Shown: in pieces, positions 43,425 to 56,000 of the stretch
Position numbering within the stretch: position 1 is the stretch's first letter
How the letters are laid out: each line of letters begins with the position of its first letter
Assembly: GCF_009914755.1 (NCBI RefSeq)
Contig: NC_060930.1
Source: the human T2T-CHM13v2.0 reference genome, Homo sapiens
Length of the DNA stretch: 64,000 nt
Strand: one strand, 5' to 3'
Program-made: the position numbers and the translations under genes
The notes under the pieces: generated by a model
What the model saw: the letters and a program-made list of their open reading frames with translations, nothing else
Database searches by the model: none
Told to the model about the DNA's origin: nothing

Positions 43425-44384
43425 TGTTTTTAATTTTTGTTATATATTGACAAATTAGACTTGTATATATTTATGGGGCACAAAGTGATGGTATAATTTT
43501 TATTGCAATGCAGAAAGATTAAATTAGCTTAATATATCATCACTTCAAACATTTACATTTTTGTAACAAGAACATTAGAAATTACTCTCTCAGGAATATT
43601 GAACTTCACAGAATTCAGTTGTTATCTATATTCACCCCACTGTACAACTGATATTTAAAAAACCCTATTTCTCCTGTCTAACTGGGGCTTTGTACACTTT
43701 GATTATCATCTCCACATTTTCCCTACCCTCAGGCCTATGAAACCCACCATTCTATTCTCTGCTTCCACATATAAGTGATAGCATGTGGTATCTTTCTGTG
43801 TTTGGCTTGTTTCACTTAGCATGATGTTCTTCAATTTCATTGTTTTAAATTTCTCATTTTTTGTTTTTTAAGGCTGAATAATATTCCATGGTGTATGAAT
43901 ACCACATTTTATTTATCCATTAATTAGCTCAGGAACACTTAGTATGATTCCGTAATATGGCTATTGTGAATAGTTCTGCAATAAACAGGGGAGTGCAGAG
44001 ATCTCTGTCACATACTGATTTAATTATTTGGGGGAAATGCTCAGAAGCAGGATTGCTAGATCACATGGTAATTCTATTTTTAGTTTTTTGTGGAACCTCC
44101 ATATTGTTTTCCATAATGATTATACTAATTTACATTCCCACTAACAGTGTACAAGGGTTCCCTTTTCTCCGCATCCTTGCCAACACTTGTTATCTTTCCA
44201 TTTTTTTTTTTTTTGGATAGACATTCTAACAGGTGTGAGTTAATATCTCACTGTGGTTTTTAATTTTCATCTTTCTAATAATTAGTGATATTGAGCATGT
44301 TTTTAATGTAACTATTAGCTATTTGTATTTTTTCTTTTGAGAAATGTTGATTCTGGTCCCTTGCTCATTTTTAATATCAGATTA
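43425..44384 (-). mobile_element. L1MA 3' part (host of THE1B)
   Basis: Antisense L1MA 3' UTR (TTGTATATATTTATGGGGCACAAAGTGATG) and ORF2 end. Confidence 0.85.
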
Positions 44385-44745
44385 TGTATTAGCTCATTTT
44401 CATGCTGCTGACAAAGACATACTTGAGACTGGGCAATTTATAAAAGAAAGAGGTTTATAATGAACTTAAAGTTCCACCTGCCTGGGGAAGCCTCATAATC
44501 ATGGCAGAAGGTAAGGAGGAGCAAGACACGCCTTACATGGTTGGCAGCAGGCAAGAGAGCTTGTGCAGGGAAACTTCCCCTTTTAAAACCATTGATCTCA
44601 TGAGATTCATTCACTATCAAAAGAACAGTGCAGGAAAGACCCACCCCCATAATTCAATCACCTCCCACCAGGTTTCTTCCACAACACATGGGAATTGTGT
44701 GAATTCAAGATGAGATTTGGGTGAGAACACAGACAAACCATATCA
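44385..44745 (-). mobile_element. THE1B 3' LTR
   Basis: TGTATTAG...GGAGGAGCAAGACACGCCTTACATGG...CAAACCATATCA; the adjacent TTCCACTCCTGGCCCC is the polypurine tract on the minus strand. Confidence 0.92.
44650..44660 (+). promoter_or_regulatory. DUX4-type motif TAATTCAATCA in the THE1B LTR
   Basis: Exact fit to TAAYYYAATCA. Confidence 0.5.
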
Positions 44746-46057
44746 TTCCACTCCTGGCCCCTCCCAAATCTTATGTCCTCACATTTTAAAACTAATCATG
44801 CTTTCCTAATAATCCTCCAAAATCTTAACTCATTTCAGCATTAACTCAAAAGTCCACAGTGCAATGTCTCATTTGAGACAAGGCAAGTCTCTTCCACTCA
44901 TGAGCCTGTAAAATCCAAAGCCAGTTAATTACTTCCTAGATACAATGGGGGTACAGGCATTGGATAAATACACTTACTCCATATGGGAGAAATTGGCCAA
45001 AACAAAGGGGCTACAGGCCCCATGCAAGTCTGAAATCCAGCAGGGCAGTCAAATCTTAAAGCTCCAAAATGATCTCCTTAGACTCCATGTCTCATTCCCA
45101 GGTCACCCTGGTGCAAGAGGTGGGTTCCCATGGTCTTGGGCAGCTCTGCCCCTGTGGCTCTGCAGGGTGCTGCCTCCTTCCTGGCTGCTTTCATGTGCTG
45201 GCATTGAGTGTCTGCAGCTTTTCCAAGTGCATGGTGCAAGCCGTCAGTGGATCTACCGTCTGGGGTCTGGAGGACCATGGCCCTCTTCTCACAGCTCCAC
45301 TAGATGGTGCCCTAGTAGGGACTCTGTACGGGGGCTCTGACCCCATATTTTCCTTCCACACTGCCCCAGCAGAGATTCTCCATGAGAGCCCCTCCTCTGC
45401 AGCAAACTTCTTCTTGACATCCAGGTGTTTCCATATATCTTGTGAAATCTAGGCAAAGGTTCCCAAACCCCAATTCTCAATTTCTGTGAACTGGCAGGCT
45501 CAACACCATGAGGAAGCTGCCAAAATTTGAGGCTTGCACCTTCTGAAGCCATGGCCCTGATTCTATGTTGGCCCTTTTTAGCCATGGCTGGAGAGGCTGG
45601 ATGCAGGGCACCAAGTCCCTAGACTGAACACAGCACATGGACCCTGGGCCAAGTGCATTAAACCACATTTTCTTCCTAGTCTTCCAGACCTGTTATGGGG
45701 GAGGGCTGCTGTGAAGACCTCAGATATGCCCTGGAGAGATTTTCTCCATTGTCTTGGGGATTAACATTTCAGCTCCTTGTTACTTATGCAACCTGCAGCC
45801 AGCTTCAATTTCTCCTCAGAAAATGAGTTTTTCTTTTCTATTGCATTGTCAGCCAGCAAACTTTTATGCTCTGCTTACCTTTTAAAACTGAATGCCTTTA
45901 ACAGCACCCAAGTCACATCTTGAATGCTTTTCTGCTTAGGAATTTTTTTTTTCCATCAGATACACTAAATCATCTCTCTCAAGTTCAAAGTTCCACAAGT
46001 CTCTAAGGCAGGGGCAAAATGCCACCAATCTCTCTGCTAAAACATAACAAGAGTCAC
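44746..46057 (-). mobile_element. THE1B internal region, 5'-truncated
   Basis: MaLR-int sequence; minus-strand ORF 45289-45585 (ASEGASLKFWQLPHGVEPA...) is a MaLR ORF remnant. It stops abruptly at GAGTCAC. Confidence 0.92.
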
Positions 46058-49000
46058 ACAATAATAGTGGGAGACTTTAACACCCCACTGTCAATATTAG
46101 ATCAATGAGACAGAAAATTAACAAGGATATTCAGGACTTGAACTCAGCTCTGGACCAACTGAACCTAATAGACATCTACAGAACTCTCCACCCCAAATCA
46201 ACAGAATATGCATTCTTCTTAGCAGCACATCACACTTATTCTAAAACTGACCACATAATTGGAAGTAAAAGACTCCTCAGCAAATACAAAATAATGGAAA
46301 TCATAACAGTCTCTCAGACCACAGTGCAATCAAATTAGAACTCAGGATAAAGAAACACACTCAAAACCTCACAACTACATGGAAACTGAGCAACCTGTTC
46401 CTGAAGGACTACTGGGTAAATACGAAATTAAGGCAGAAATTAATAAGCTCTTTGAAACCAATGAGAACAAAGACACAACATACCAGAATCTCTGGGACAT
46501 AGCTAAAGCAGTGTTTACAGGGAAATTTATACACTAAATGCCCACATGGGAAATCTGGTAAGATCTAAAATCGACACCCTAACATCACAATTAGAAGAAC
46601 TAGAGAAGCAAGGCAAACAAATTCAAAAGCTAGCAGAAGACAAGAAATAACTAAGATCAGAGCAGAACTGAAGGAGATAGAGACATGAAAAACCCTTCAA
46701 AAAATCAATGACCCCAGGAGCTGTTTTTTTTTTAAAGATTAACAAAATAGCTAGACAGCTAGTCAGACTAATAAAGAAGAAAAGAGAGAAAAATCAAATA
46801 GACCTAATAAAAAATGCTGAAGGAGATATCACCACTGATCCCACAGAAAAACAAACTACCATCAGAGAATACTATAAGCACCTCTATGCAAATAAAGTAG
46901 AAAATCTAGAAGAAATGGATAAATTCCTGGACACATACACCCTCCCAAGACTAAACCAGGAAGGAGTCGAATCCCTGAATAGACCAATAACAAGCTATGA
47001 AATTGAGGCAGTAGTTAATAGCCTTTCAACCAAAAAAAGTCCAGGACCAGACGGATTCACAGCTGAATTCTACCAGAGGTACAAAGAGGAGCTGGTATCT
47101 TTCCTTCTGAAACTATTCCAAGCAATAGAAAAAGAGGGACTCCTACCTAACTCATTTTATGAGGCCAGCATCATCCTGATACCAAAACCTGGCAGAGACA
47201 CAAAAACATAAAAGGAAAATTCCAGGCCAATATCCCTCATGAACATCTATGCGAAAATCCTCAATATAATACTGGCAAACTGAATCCAGCAGCACATCAA
47301 AAAGCTTATCCACCACGATTAAGTTGGCCTCATTCCTGGGATGCAAGGCTGGTTCAACATACGCAAATCAATAAATCCATCACATAAACCGAACCAATGA
47401 CAAAAACCACCTGATTATCTCAATAGATGCAGAAAAGGCCTTCAATAAAATTCAACACCCCTTCATGCTAATAATGCTCAAAATAACTAAGTATTGATGG
47501 AATATCTCAAAATAATAACAGCTATTTCTGACAAACCCACAGCCAATATCTTACTGAATGGGCAAGGGTGGAAGCATTCGGAAAAACATTCCAAGCTCAC
47601 GGATAGGAAGAATCAATATTGTGAAAATGGCCATACTACCGAAAGTAATTTGTAGATTCAATGTTATCCCCATCAAGCTACCAATGACTTTCTTCACAGA
47701 ATTAGAAAAAAACTACTTTAAATTTCATATGGAACCAAAAATGAGCCCGTATAGCCATCACAGTCCTAAGCAAAAAGAACAAAGCTGGAGGCATCATGCT
47801 CCCTGACTTCAAACTATACTACAAGGCTACAGTAACCAAAACAGCATGGTACTGTTACCAAAACAGATATATAAACCAATGGAACAGAGGCCTCAGAAAT
47901 AATGCTACACATCTACAACCATCTTATTTTTGACAAACCTGACAAAAACAAGCAATGGGGAAAGGATTCTCTATTTAATAAATGGTGTTGGGAAAACAGG
48001 CTAGCCATATGCAGAAAACTGAAACCGGACCCCTTCCTTACACCTTATATGAAAATTAACTCAAGATGGATTAATGATTTAACATAACAACCCTAGAAGA
48101 AAACCTAGGTAATATCATTTAAGACATAAGCATGGGAAAAGATTTCATGACTAAAACATCAAAAGCAATGGCAACAGAAGCCACAATTGGCAAATGGGAT
48201 CTAATTAAACTAAAGAGCTTCTGCACAGCAAAAGAAACTATCATCAGAGTGAACAGGCAACCTACAGAATGGGAGAAACTTTTTGCCATCTATCCATCTG
48301 ACAAATGGCTAATATCCAGAATCTACAAAGAACTTAAACAAATTTACAAGAAAAAAACAAACAACCCCATCAAAAAGTGGGTGAAGGATATGAACAGGCA
48401 CTTCTCAAAAGAAGACATTTATGTGGCCAACTAATATATGAAAAAAAGCTCATCATCTCTGGTCATCAGAGAAATGCAAATCAAAACCACAATGAGATAC
48501 CATCTCACGCCAGTTAGAATGGTGATCATTAAAAAGTCAGGAAACAACAGATGCTGGAAAGTATGTGGAGAAATAGGAATGCTTTTACACCATCGGTGGG
48601 AGTGTAAATTAATTCAACCATTGTGGAAGACAGTTTGGCAATTCCTCAAGGATCTGGAACCAGAAATACCATTTGACCCAGCAATCCCATTACCAGGTAT
48701 ATACCCAAAGGATTATAAATTATTCTACTATAAAAACACATGCACACATATGTTTATTGCAACACTATTCACAATAGCAAACACTTGGAATCAACCCAAA
48801 TGCCCATCAGTGATAGACTGAATAAAGAAAATGTGGCATATATGCACCATGGAATACTATGCAGCCATAAAAAAGGATGAGTTCATGTCCTTTGCAGGGA
48901 CATGGATGAAGCTGGAAACTCATTCTCAGCAAACTAACACACAAACAGAAAACCAAACACTGCATGTTCTCACTCATAAGTGAGAGCTGAACAATAGGAA

Positions 49001-49205
49001 CACATGGACACAGGGAAGGGAACATCACACACTGGGGCCTTTTTGGAGGTGGCGGGGCTAGGGAAGGGATAGCATTAGGAGAAATAGCTAATGTAGATGA
49101 CAGGTTGATGGGTGCACCAAGCCACCATGGCACATATGTACCTCTGTAACAAACCCGCACGTTTTGCACATGTATTCCAGAACTTAAAGTATAATTTAAA
49201 AGATT
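46055..49205 (+). mobile_element. 5'-truncated L1PA7-like element with an internal ~440-bp deletion and no TSD
   Basis: Starts in the ORF2 endonuclease region (ATAATAGTGGGAGACTTTAACACCCCACTG). The 3' UTR GGGGCTAGGGAAGGGATAGCATTAGGAGAAATA...TGTAGATGACAGGTTGATGG...CCAGAACTTAAAGTATAATTT is PA7/8-type. ORF2 is fragmented. Confidence 0.92.
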
Positions 49206-49209
49206 AGAA

Positions 49210-50490
49210 AAGAAAGTTCATTGTTATTGTAGAGAAATGCTACTGATTTCTGTGTGTTGATTTTTACCCTGCAAGTTTACTTAATTTATCAGTTCTAACA
49301 GTTTTTTGGTGGAATCTTTAGGGTTTTTTATATATAAGATTATCTCCTTTGCAAACAGGGACCCTATACCTTTTTTTCTTTTCAATTTGGATGCTTTTTA
49401 TTTCTTTCTCTTGCCTCATTGTTCTGGCTAAGTCTTTCACTACAATGTCGAATAGAAGTGGTGAAAATGGGCATCTTTTTTCCAGTTCTTAGAAGAAAAG
49501 CTTTTACCATTTCTCCTCTTGAGTATGATGTTAGCTGCGGATTTCTCATATGTGGCCTTCATTGTGTTGAGCTACATTTCTTCTATAACTAATTTGTTGA
49601 GAGTTTTACCATGCAAGGATGTTGATTTTTGTCAAATGTTTTTTTCTAAATGTATTAAAATAATCATATAATTTTTGTTCTTCATTCTGTAAAGTGATGT
49701 GTCCCATTTATTGATTTGCTTATGTTGAGCTATCCTTTCATCCCAGAAATATATCCCACTAGATTACACTAGGTAAAAATGAATATATCTTAATATGTTG
49801 TTAAATTCCGTTTTTTTAGTATTTCATTGAGGATTTTTGCATATATGATCATCAAAGGTATTAGCCCATAAATTTTCATGGTGATAGCCTCATTCGACTT
49901 TGGTATTAATGTAATGGTGGCCTCATAAAAATAGTTTGGAAGCACTACCTCTTCTTCATTTCTTTGAATAGTTTGTTGAGAATGGCCATTAGTTTTTTAA
50001 ATATTTAGTAGAATTCAGTTGTGAAACCATCAAGTTGGGCTCTTCTTGGTTGGGAGACTTTTTATTACTACTTTAATCTTCCTTCTCATTATTGGTCTGT
50101 TAAGAATTTTTTTTCCCCATGATTCAGTCTTGGCAGGTTGCATGTGTCTAAGAATGTAGCCAATTCTTTTAGGTTATCCATTTGGGGGGCATATAATTCT
50201 ACATGATAGTTTCATCATTTTTTTTTTATTTCTGTGGTATTAATTGTAATGACTCTTCTTTCTCTTGGTTAGTCTAGTTAAAACTTTGTCAATTTGTTTA
50301 TCTTTTCAAAAAAACCAACTCTCACTTTGTTGACCTTTTGTATTTTTTTTGTTTTTCATCTCTATTTCATTTATTTCCCCTCCAGTGTTTATTATTTCTT
50401 TACCTCTGCTAACATTGGGCTTATTCTTCTTTTTCTATTTTCTTAAGATATAATGTTAAGTTGTTGACTTAAATCTTTCTTCTTTTTGTT
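49210..50490 (-). mobile_element. L1MA ORF2 region (probable continuation of 43425-44384)
   Basis: Antisense ORF2 (AGAAATGCTACTGATTT, GAATAGAAGTGGTGAAAATGGGCATC, TTGAGGATTTTTGCAT). Confidence 0.85.
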
Positions 50491-50608
50491 TGCTTGTTTG
50501 ACCATAGCATCATCGACATAATAGTAGGCAGAGATTTGCCACAGGATGCAGGGTTAACTCGTGGTCTTAGTTTTCAGTGATGTGCTTATTTTTATGTACA
50601 AGTATTTT

Positions 50609-50938
50609 ATTGTATTTTATTTTAATTTTATTGTATTTTTCTTGAGACAAGGTCTCATTCTGTTGCCCAGGCTGGAGTGCAGTGGCCTGATCACAGCTCA
50701 CTGCAGGCTAAACCTCTGCAGGCTCAGGCAATCCTGCCACCCCAGTCTCCCGAGTAGCTGGGGAGACAGGCATGCACCAACATGCCTGGCTATTTTCTTT
50801 TTTCTGTGTGTGTTTTTTGTAGAGACAAGATTTCATCATGTTGCCCAGGCTGTGTCTCAAACTCCTGGGCTCAAGTGATCCACCCTCCTCAGGATCCCAA
50901 AGTACTAGGATTATAGGCATGAGCCACCGTGCCTGGCC
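50609..50938 (-). mobile_element. AluJ
   Basis: Antisense dimer with J-type features (GGTCTCA, CTCCTGGGCTCAAGTGATCC); TSD AT(G/C)TACAA(G/A)TATTTT at 50594-608 and 50939-53. Confidence 0.93.
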
Positions 50939-52224
50939 ATCTACAAATATTTTAAAAGGAAATCTGGCATAATTGTATACAGCTGCTTAGATAAATACCA
51001 TTTTAGCAACATCACATTGCCTTTAAGTTTAAAAAAGAAATGCTCAACTCCATATATCAAGCAGAATGTGATAATATAACATTTATCCTTCATACCTGGT
51101 ACTGAATGAATGAATACTAAATGTATCTTTTATTTTTAAAGTTATTTGTAAAAATACACAAAATACAAGCATGTGATTCATGATTTTTGGACTACAATTT
51201 GAAATGCAAGGTGGCATCTTCACTTTTATTATGCAATTTGTTCCTGTAAATAATTTGTGAATTATATAATGAATCAACATGAAGTTATATTAGTATACAT
51301 TATGAGGTGACAAGGAAAAATTGGGATATAATTTATCTTTTTAAGTAATTTATTGAATAATGTATCATTAAATTCTCTTAACAAAAATTAACACACATAG
51401 TTTTTGAAACAGAAAATTTGACATAATATTGATGTGCATTAGTCTGTTGTTAAAAATCCATGTACCTAACATAGGGAGAAAGAAGTTGTATGTCTGTACA
51501 TCTAAAATCCATGTAAATAATGTGGCCATTTGTGCCCTGAATGCAATTGCTCTCATTAAAGAATTATCTGTCCTATATAGTTTAGTTATTATGTTTGACT
51601 CTAATAAAGGAACTATACCATTGGTGGACAAAAAATTATTTTTTCCACTACCTGATGTCTCAAATTATACCAGCAACATTCTGCTAGAAGTGGAACTTGC
51701 AGTTACATGCACCGTGATATATTTTGTGATCAGTTTCTCAGAAATAAGAGTAATATTTTGAAAAGTATATACAGTTTTAAATGAGAACAATTAAAATGCA
51801 TTTTGTTGGTTGGGTCCTTTATTCACTGGTTCCTGATTATGGTGTTTTTCAAATCATTGATTTTGTAATTACTGGGTTTTACTTGGTAATTGAAAATTCT
51901 TGCAAGCAATGTCCACTATGCAATGAAATTTGATGTGCTTACAATATGCCGAGTAAATTTTTTTCACATTTAATGGAATTTACACACATGTATGCACACA
52001 TATAAGGAAGCAAAAAATGCTAATTACATATTTTATACTGTTGCTGTGATTGTAAATTGTTTTCAGCCTTTAATGCCTCATTATCAGAAAATTTTCTTTC
52101 TCTACTTGACACTAAGTTCTAATAGAAATTTCATACATTGGATTTTATTTCTGGATTTATAGTTGGTAGCACTTTCACTAAAAAAAAACAGAAGCAAGTT
52201 TTCTAGGTCACAGTATAAAGGTGC

Positions 52225-52743
52225 TGTATGAGTTTCTTTGAAACCCTGTAACAAAGTATCACAAACTGGGTTCCTTAAAACGACAGAAATGTATTGTTTC
52301 ACAGCTTTGGAGAATAGAAGTCTGGAAGCAAGATGTCATCAGGGTCATGTTCCTTCTGAAACCTGTAGAAAAATCCTTCCTTGCCGCTACCTAGTTTCTG
52401 GTGGTTTACTGACAATATTTGGTGTTTCTATGCTTGCAGCTGCATAACTCTGATCTCTATCTTTGTCATCATATGGTGTTCTCATTCTTTCTCTGTGTCT
52501 TCACATGACTGTCTTCTGATAAGGGCATCAGAAATATTGGATTAAGAGCCCACCCTATTCCAGTATGGCATCATCTTACATCTACAGTGTAATTACATCA
52601 TATTACACTACACTAACTACATCTACAGTGATTCTATTTCCAAATAATGTTACATTCTCAAGTGTTGGGGGTTAGAACTTCAGCATACCTTTTTACGGGC
52701 AGTGGGGCGGTGGGGGTGGGGCGGCACAATTCAACCCATAGCT
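52225..52743 (-). mobile_element. MLT1C-like MaLR LTR
   Basis: TGTATGAGTTTC...TGTAACAAAGTATCACAAACTGGGT...CTATTTCCAAATAA...CACAATTCAACCCATA. Confidence 0.85.
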
Positions 52744-52789
52744 GTGCCCAACCCTATTTAGAAGTGTGAAATACGTGTTGACATTTTGA

Positions 52790-53250
52790 TTAGACTAAGA
52801 CATTGAGCACATTATCAAACCTTCTCTTAGGTCTCCCTTCATGCCATCCTTCTTTTTCCCACAGAAACTTTGCTTGAGATGTTTTCTCAACCACAAGCAT
52901 TATGCACTCCCCTTACCAATTTTACATTTAGTTCCTGGTCAGTCCTTGAAAACTCCTTTTAAGCAAACTACCTCAGTGATGCCATCTCAGACCAGGAACA
53001 TGTTGGATCAAGTCCACTTCTGAATGCTGTCATAGCCTTGATATCTGGTCAATGAAACTTTGATCAGTTCTACTTATACATTCATCAACATAATTGTGAT
53101 TTGATTGGTGTCTTTCTCCTTAAGCTGAAACCTATCTAAATGTAGAGGTGCTAATTCTTTTCCCATTGCTATATCTATAGTACCTAGTACAGTGCCTGGC
53201 TCCCCCCAAAAATGCTATATTGTGATTTGTTGAGTAAATGAATGAATATG
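52790..53250 (+). mobile_element. L2 3' end
   Basis: ACCTAGTACAGTGCCTGGC...ATTTGTTGAGTAAATGAATGAAT terminal signature. Confidence 0.75.
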
Positions 53251-53549
53251 TTTATCTTTGTTCCAAGGACAAATAAAAAAACAGACTAATTTGGTGTAAA
53301 ACTCTTGAAACTGCTTAATCAATTATTATATACTATATATGAGGTATGAAATTGATAAATGTGAAAGAAAGACAAAGTTACAAGTATAAGGAAAATATAG
53401 AAACTTAGAAAATGCAACCTAGGAGTGAAGTAATATAATGTCACATAGTCATGTAAGGTAATACTTATGGAAATAAATTCTTGTGATTTCAGAACCATAT
53501 AGGGCAATTCTAAATAGATTTCCAGTTGTATCCTGACATTGTGACAAAT

Positions 53550-53740
53550 ATTAAGTTCTCTGGAGTCATATGGTCTGGGTTTAAATTCTAGTTTATTATT
53601 TATTCTTTCTATGACTGTTGTCACATTACTGTATCTTCCTGTTTTCTTGTTTACAAAATGGGAATGATAATGGCATCTATTTTATGGGTGTAATTTAGAT
53701 TACTCAGGTAGAGCACCCAGCAAATATAATTATTTGTGGA
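53550..53740 (+). mobile_element. MIR
   Basis: TCTGGAGTCATATGGTCTGGGTTTAAATTCTAG...TACAAAATGGGAATGATAAT. Confidence 0.75.
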
Positions 53741-54045
53741 GCTTGAGCTCAATCTTGAAAGGAAATGTTTGTTTTCAAGAAGACAAGGAAAGACATTCAG
53801 GTGGAAGTATTTTTCATTTTGAATGCAGGTATCAGGCAAAATTCTCAGAACAGCCTCCAAAACTTATTAATAGGTTAAAAGCACAATAACCAGGACACTA
53901 TACTACAGCAAAAGCTCTACCTCAATTGTTGTGAAGGACGTATCAGAAAACCAGCACACATTCACTATGGAAAAGGACCAAAGTAACTAAGGAACATTTA
54001 TCTTTTAAAGGTAGGAAAAAGATAAATGGGAAGTGTTGTATTAAG

Positions 54046-54200
54046 AGAGTGTTTTTCAACCTTTAATGTGCATGCAGATCACTCGGGAAATTCATAAATA
54101 TGAAAATTCTGATTTAGTGAGTTTTGAATGGGGCCTGAGATTGTTTATTTCTAACAAATGTCCATGTCTGTTGGTCCTTGAGCCAACTTTAAGCATCAAG
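54046..54200. mobile_element. MER5 (hAT-Charlie) MITE
   Basis: GTGTTTTTCAACCTTT...TGCAGATCAC...TGGGGCCTGAGATTGTTTATTTCTAACAA. Confidence 0.75.
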
Positions 54201-55307
54201 TCTTTCAGATACACACTGAAAGGGAGAGATCATCGTAAACGCTGCATTTGTCATCCATCGAATATATCCTAGGGATACCGTGAAATTCGGGTAAAACTGG
54301 TGGAAAAAGATATTGAACTAAAAGATTTTAGCTACATAAATTTTTGCAGCATCTTATCAAGACTGGTAGTTTAATTTATGAACCTCATTGAGCAAGTTTG
54401 CTGACAAGCAATAGCACAGTAATAGTTATCACAAACATACTCACACAAATGTCATTTTCTTCAATTCCGTGACCCAGAGAAAAAAATTCATAGACCTTCC
54501 ATAAAAGAGAGAAGCAAAATGCTGCATATTATTAAGCAATTGTGGTTTTATATATTTCTGGGCTATTAGATGTTTTAAGCAAGGAAATTTTTCTTTGATT
54601 ATAAGCAAATTGACAATATTATAATGAAAATAATATGCTATTACTCCTACATAATATTCTTTCATAGAGGAAAAACAGGAGATGATATTTAATTTGATTC
54701 ACCAATCAGTTTTTTTGGAAACCATATTGCTCTATTAAGAACAATATTGTATCACATGAACAATGCCCATAATGACTTCAAAATTCATTGAAAGGCAGCC
54801 AGCATGTACATCAGATTTATTGAGACATCAGAATTTCATTTCATGAATTCAAAATGTTCATTTATAGCTTGGGGAGTTTTTATTAGTCTTATAATTTGAT
54901 TTTGCGGCTATTGGAAAATAAGCAGTATGTTGTCAGTATCTAAGTTTTCAGTAGATAGTCAATGTCAAAATACATAAAAGAAAAAATAATGAATATAACT
55001 GGGAGATGGAGGCATTTTTACCAAATAGATTTTCTCCAAACTGCATACTTTCAAATACGTTTAGGAATAAATGAACTTGAGCATACACTATTATATGTTC
55101 TTCAATCCTGACAGATCCTAAGAGTATACCTAACCCGAAAGCTCAAAAAAGTGCAGTAGATTTGTAGAATTGATTATCAATTTCTCAGTAACCATTGTGT
55201 GTCTTTAGGGTGATTCAAACATAAGAGACCTGAGAAGCAATTTGTTCCATGTATCAACTTTTAATCCATGTTGAACCAATATACAAACAGCCTAAACAAG
55301 CAACACC

Positions 55308-55432
55308 TTTTTATTTTTATTATTATTTATTTTATTTATTTATTTATTTATTTATTATTATTATTATTATACTTTAAGTTTTAGGGTACATGTGCACAAT
55401 GTGCCGGTTAGTTACATATGTATACATGTGCC
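55308..55432 (-). mobile_element. Extremely 5'-truncated young L1 (PA2/PA3-like): ~65-bp body plus patterned tail
   Basis: Reverse complement reads GGCACATGTATACATATGTAACTAACCGGCACATTGTGCACATGTACCCTAAAACTTAAAGTATAA; TSD ACAAGCAACACC at 55296-307 and 55433-44. Confidence 0.93.
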
Positions 55433-55759
55433 ACAAGCAACACCATTTTAAAAATTACCTACTACACTGCAGTTTAGAAGTTCAATAATTAAAAATGTAG
55501 AATATAATTTTAGTATACTTTTCTACCTACACATACATACATACATTCATGTACAATAATAATAACAAATTACATCTACATTTTATGGTTTGAAGTGGTT
55601 TTGGCTTGGGTAGTGAAGAGCTTGAACCCTGCAAGTTCATAGGAAATCAAAGAATCACTGCTAGAGCCCTCATGAGGGCTTGCATTTTGTTTGTACAGGG
55701 CGCAAAAGACTGAATCTTAACCTGTATATTTATTTAATTCAAATTTGGAAGAGGCATTT

Positions 55760-56000
55760 GTAGCAAGTACCTCTGAACACAGGCTAGAGCTTGAATAATA
55801 AACTAAGTTGTGTTTAAATCCTCACTCTAAAATTTAACAGCTGAGTAGTATTGAAAAAGTCAATTAAATCACTGTGTTTTGGTTTTTCATCTGTAAATTG
55901 GGGAAAATAATTCTTACCTCCTATGGCTTTTGTGCAGATTAAATGGGATGGTAAAAATGTAAGTTTTACATATTACATAGTATAAATTATGGATGAAAAA
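55760..56000 (+). mobile_element. MIR
   Basis: TTTAAATCCTCACTCT...TTTTTCATCTGTAAATTGGGGAAAATAAT...AGATTAAATGGGAT. Confidence 0.8.

Noticed and set aside
44945-45668. Several overlapping 60-130-aa ORFs
   Set aside because: All lie in THE1B-int; they are fragmented MaLR ORF remnants or antisense frames.
51453-51515. 12-bp direct repeat AAAATCCATGTA flanking 39 bp as a TSD
   Set aside because: The enclosed sequence has no A tail or TE identity; plausible chance match or slippage in AT-rich DNA.
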